Assembly (NCBI GenBank): GCA_003693705.1
Contig: RBZT01000409.1
Coordinates: 1 to 64,000, forward strand
Source: Polymyxa betae A26-41
Lineage: Eukaryota > Protista > Endomyxa: Phytomyxea
Reading direction: 5' to 3'
DNA: 64,000 nt
Part shown: positions 62,801 to 64,000 of the stretch, one piece after another
Numbering within the stretch: position 1 is the stretch's first letter
How the letters are laid out: the number at the start of each line of letters is the position of its first letter
Made by a program: the position numbers and the translations under genes
Notes under the pieces: model-generated
Told to the model about the DNA's origin: nothing
The model's input: the letters and a program-made list of their open reading frames with translations, nothing else
Databases searched by the model: none

Positions 62801-64000
62801 ACATTTCATGAACAAACCTCTCCAGAATTTAAAATTGCATTGATATCCTCAAGGAAGACTTCCAATTTGATTTGAGAATCAGTGAATAGAAATACGGTAG
62901 GTTCGAGCTTCTCTCCAGCCATCCGTAGAATCCTTTTCAGATCTTCATGCCATTCACTAATACCATAGCTTTTTGTCATTTCGATCTGGAACAAACGATA
63001 TCCCGCAACATGGGCAGCAAGGCGGGTAAGGGACTGCCGCCCAGTTCCACCAACACCGACCAAAAGTCCATGCCCTCCCGGTTGCTTAAGAATACGAGCA
63101 ATACGAGATATATGTTCCAGCGCGTAACGGAACAATACCAAATTGATTGGCGATCCCGAAATCTGATTATATTCCTCGAGGTGCATCATAAAGATTTCAC
63201 GCATATGCACCAAATCAACAACTTCATCGTAGGGTTTTCGTGTGCCTTTCTTCGTCAGGTAATTACCGAACATCAGCGCTCGAATCTATGGCGACTTTCA
63301 GATGTGAATCCACAGTGAAAATATGATTACAGACCTCATCAACTGTATCAACACGACCATCATTATTGCGATCAAGACGGGAGAGACATGTGTCGAAGTC
63401 GACCTGAAGCGTTTTTGTTGTGGTATTCCGTACCCAATCGAGGAATTTGAAGGCGTCACCATCATCAATCAGACGATCGGCGAAGACGCGGTGAACTTCG
63501 TGAATCCATAGACGTATCATCGCAAATTTATCATTGATTTCATCTGGGTGAGACATGCATAAACCTCGAATGACACCAGCAAAATCACGCAAGTTGAACG
63601 TGTAATGTGAGCGAGCTGGAGTGGGCAGAAGTTCAGCGGTTGCTGTTTGAAATAGGATTCGAGTTGAATCAACAAGGCGTCGGCAAAGAGCGGTCACTTC
63701 AGCGGTGAAGCCTTTGCCAAGATGCCAACCGAGAATAGTCTGAAAGATGGTCGTCAGACTATCATTGTCGAACGGAGTCATAGCCAGCTGCACAAAGTGT
63801 CGCGAAAGGCGCGGCGTGATCGCATGTCGGCCACCGCCAGCAGGACCCATGGCGCAGAGCAGTGATGTTTCTTGGATGTTTCTGAAAGTGGCATCTTTGA
63901 CATCATACCAGCCACCATGGTCCAGCCATTGACGAAGCAGCTCTAATGCTGGTTGGGCACCGAACGTTTCAGGTTTCGGCATATTTAAATCGTCAACAAA
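56885..64000 (-). CDS. DNAH7: Axonemal inner-arm dynein heavy chain (DNAH7/3/12-like), 3' part; runs off the window
   Basis: [30 protein letters not shown]4 P-loop [10 protein letters not shown], stalk/[73 protein letters not shown]. Confidence 0.95.

Overview
Compact, intron-rich eukaryotic DNA with short GT-AG introns and very short intergenic gaps. An axonemal dynein heavy chain points to a flagellated protist. Intron style, moderate GC, TT(T)AGGG tracts and expansin-like genes suggest a plant-associated plasmodiophorid (Spongospora/Polymyxa-like), but this is inference only. The window has two compartments. (1) About 1-14 kb is an accessory, repeat-rich island: a Ty3/gypsy relic, Harbinger/Tourist-like MITEs, a subterminal-repeat DNA transposon and interstitial telomeric tracts. 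It holds four secreted or surface proteins: a GPI-anchored 4x PAN/Apple-like protein, two intronless expansin-like paralogues, and between them an intronless secreted protein with a Gly/Ala-rich C-terminus. (2) About 14-64 kb is a gene-dense core: IRE1, a GT60 GlcNAc-transferase, an LZTR1-like Kelch-BTB protein, a frameshifted MYND-SET gene, a RING-BRCT (BARD1/BRCA1-like) protein, cactin, GAPDH, DMAP1/SWC4, GRX5, DDX52, DPM1, AAR2, an SDP1-like lipase, a CBM48/EF-hand-like protein, ELMOD, CTP synthase, a pseudokinase, UBE2T, Cu/Zn SOD and the 3' part of an inner-arm dynein. The most unusual items are an intact LTR-less Gag-capsid/chromodomain fusion ORF between UBE2T and SOD1, the expansin/Gly-rich/expansin cassette, and the PAN-GPI gene with duplicated, GTAAC/GTTAC-saturated introns. 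All calls come from reading motifs by eye; no searches were run.
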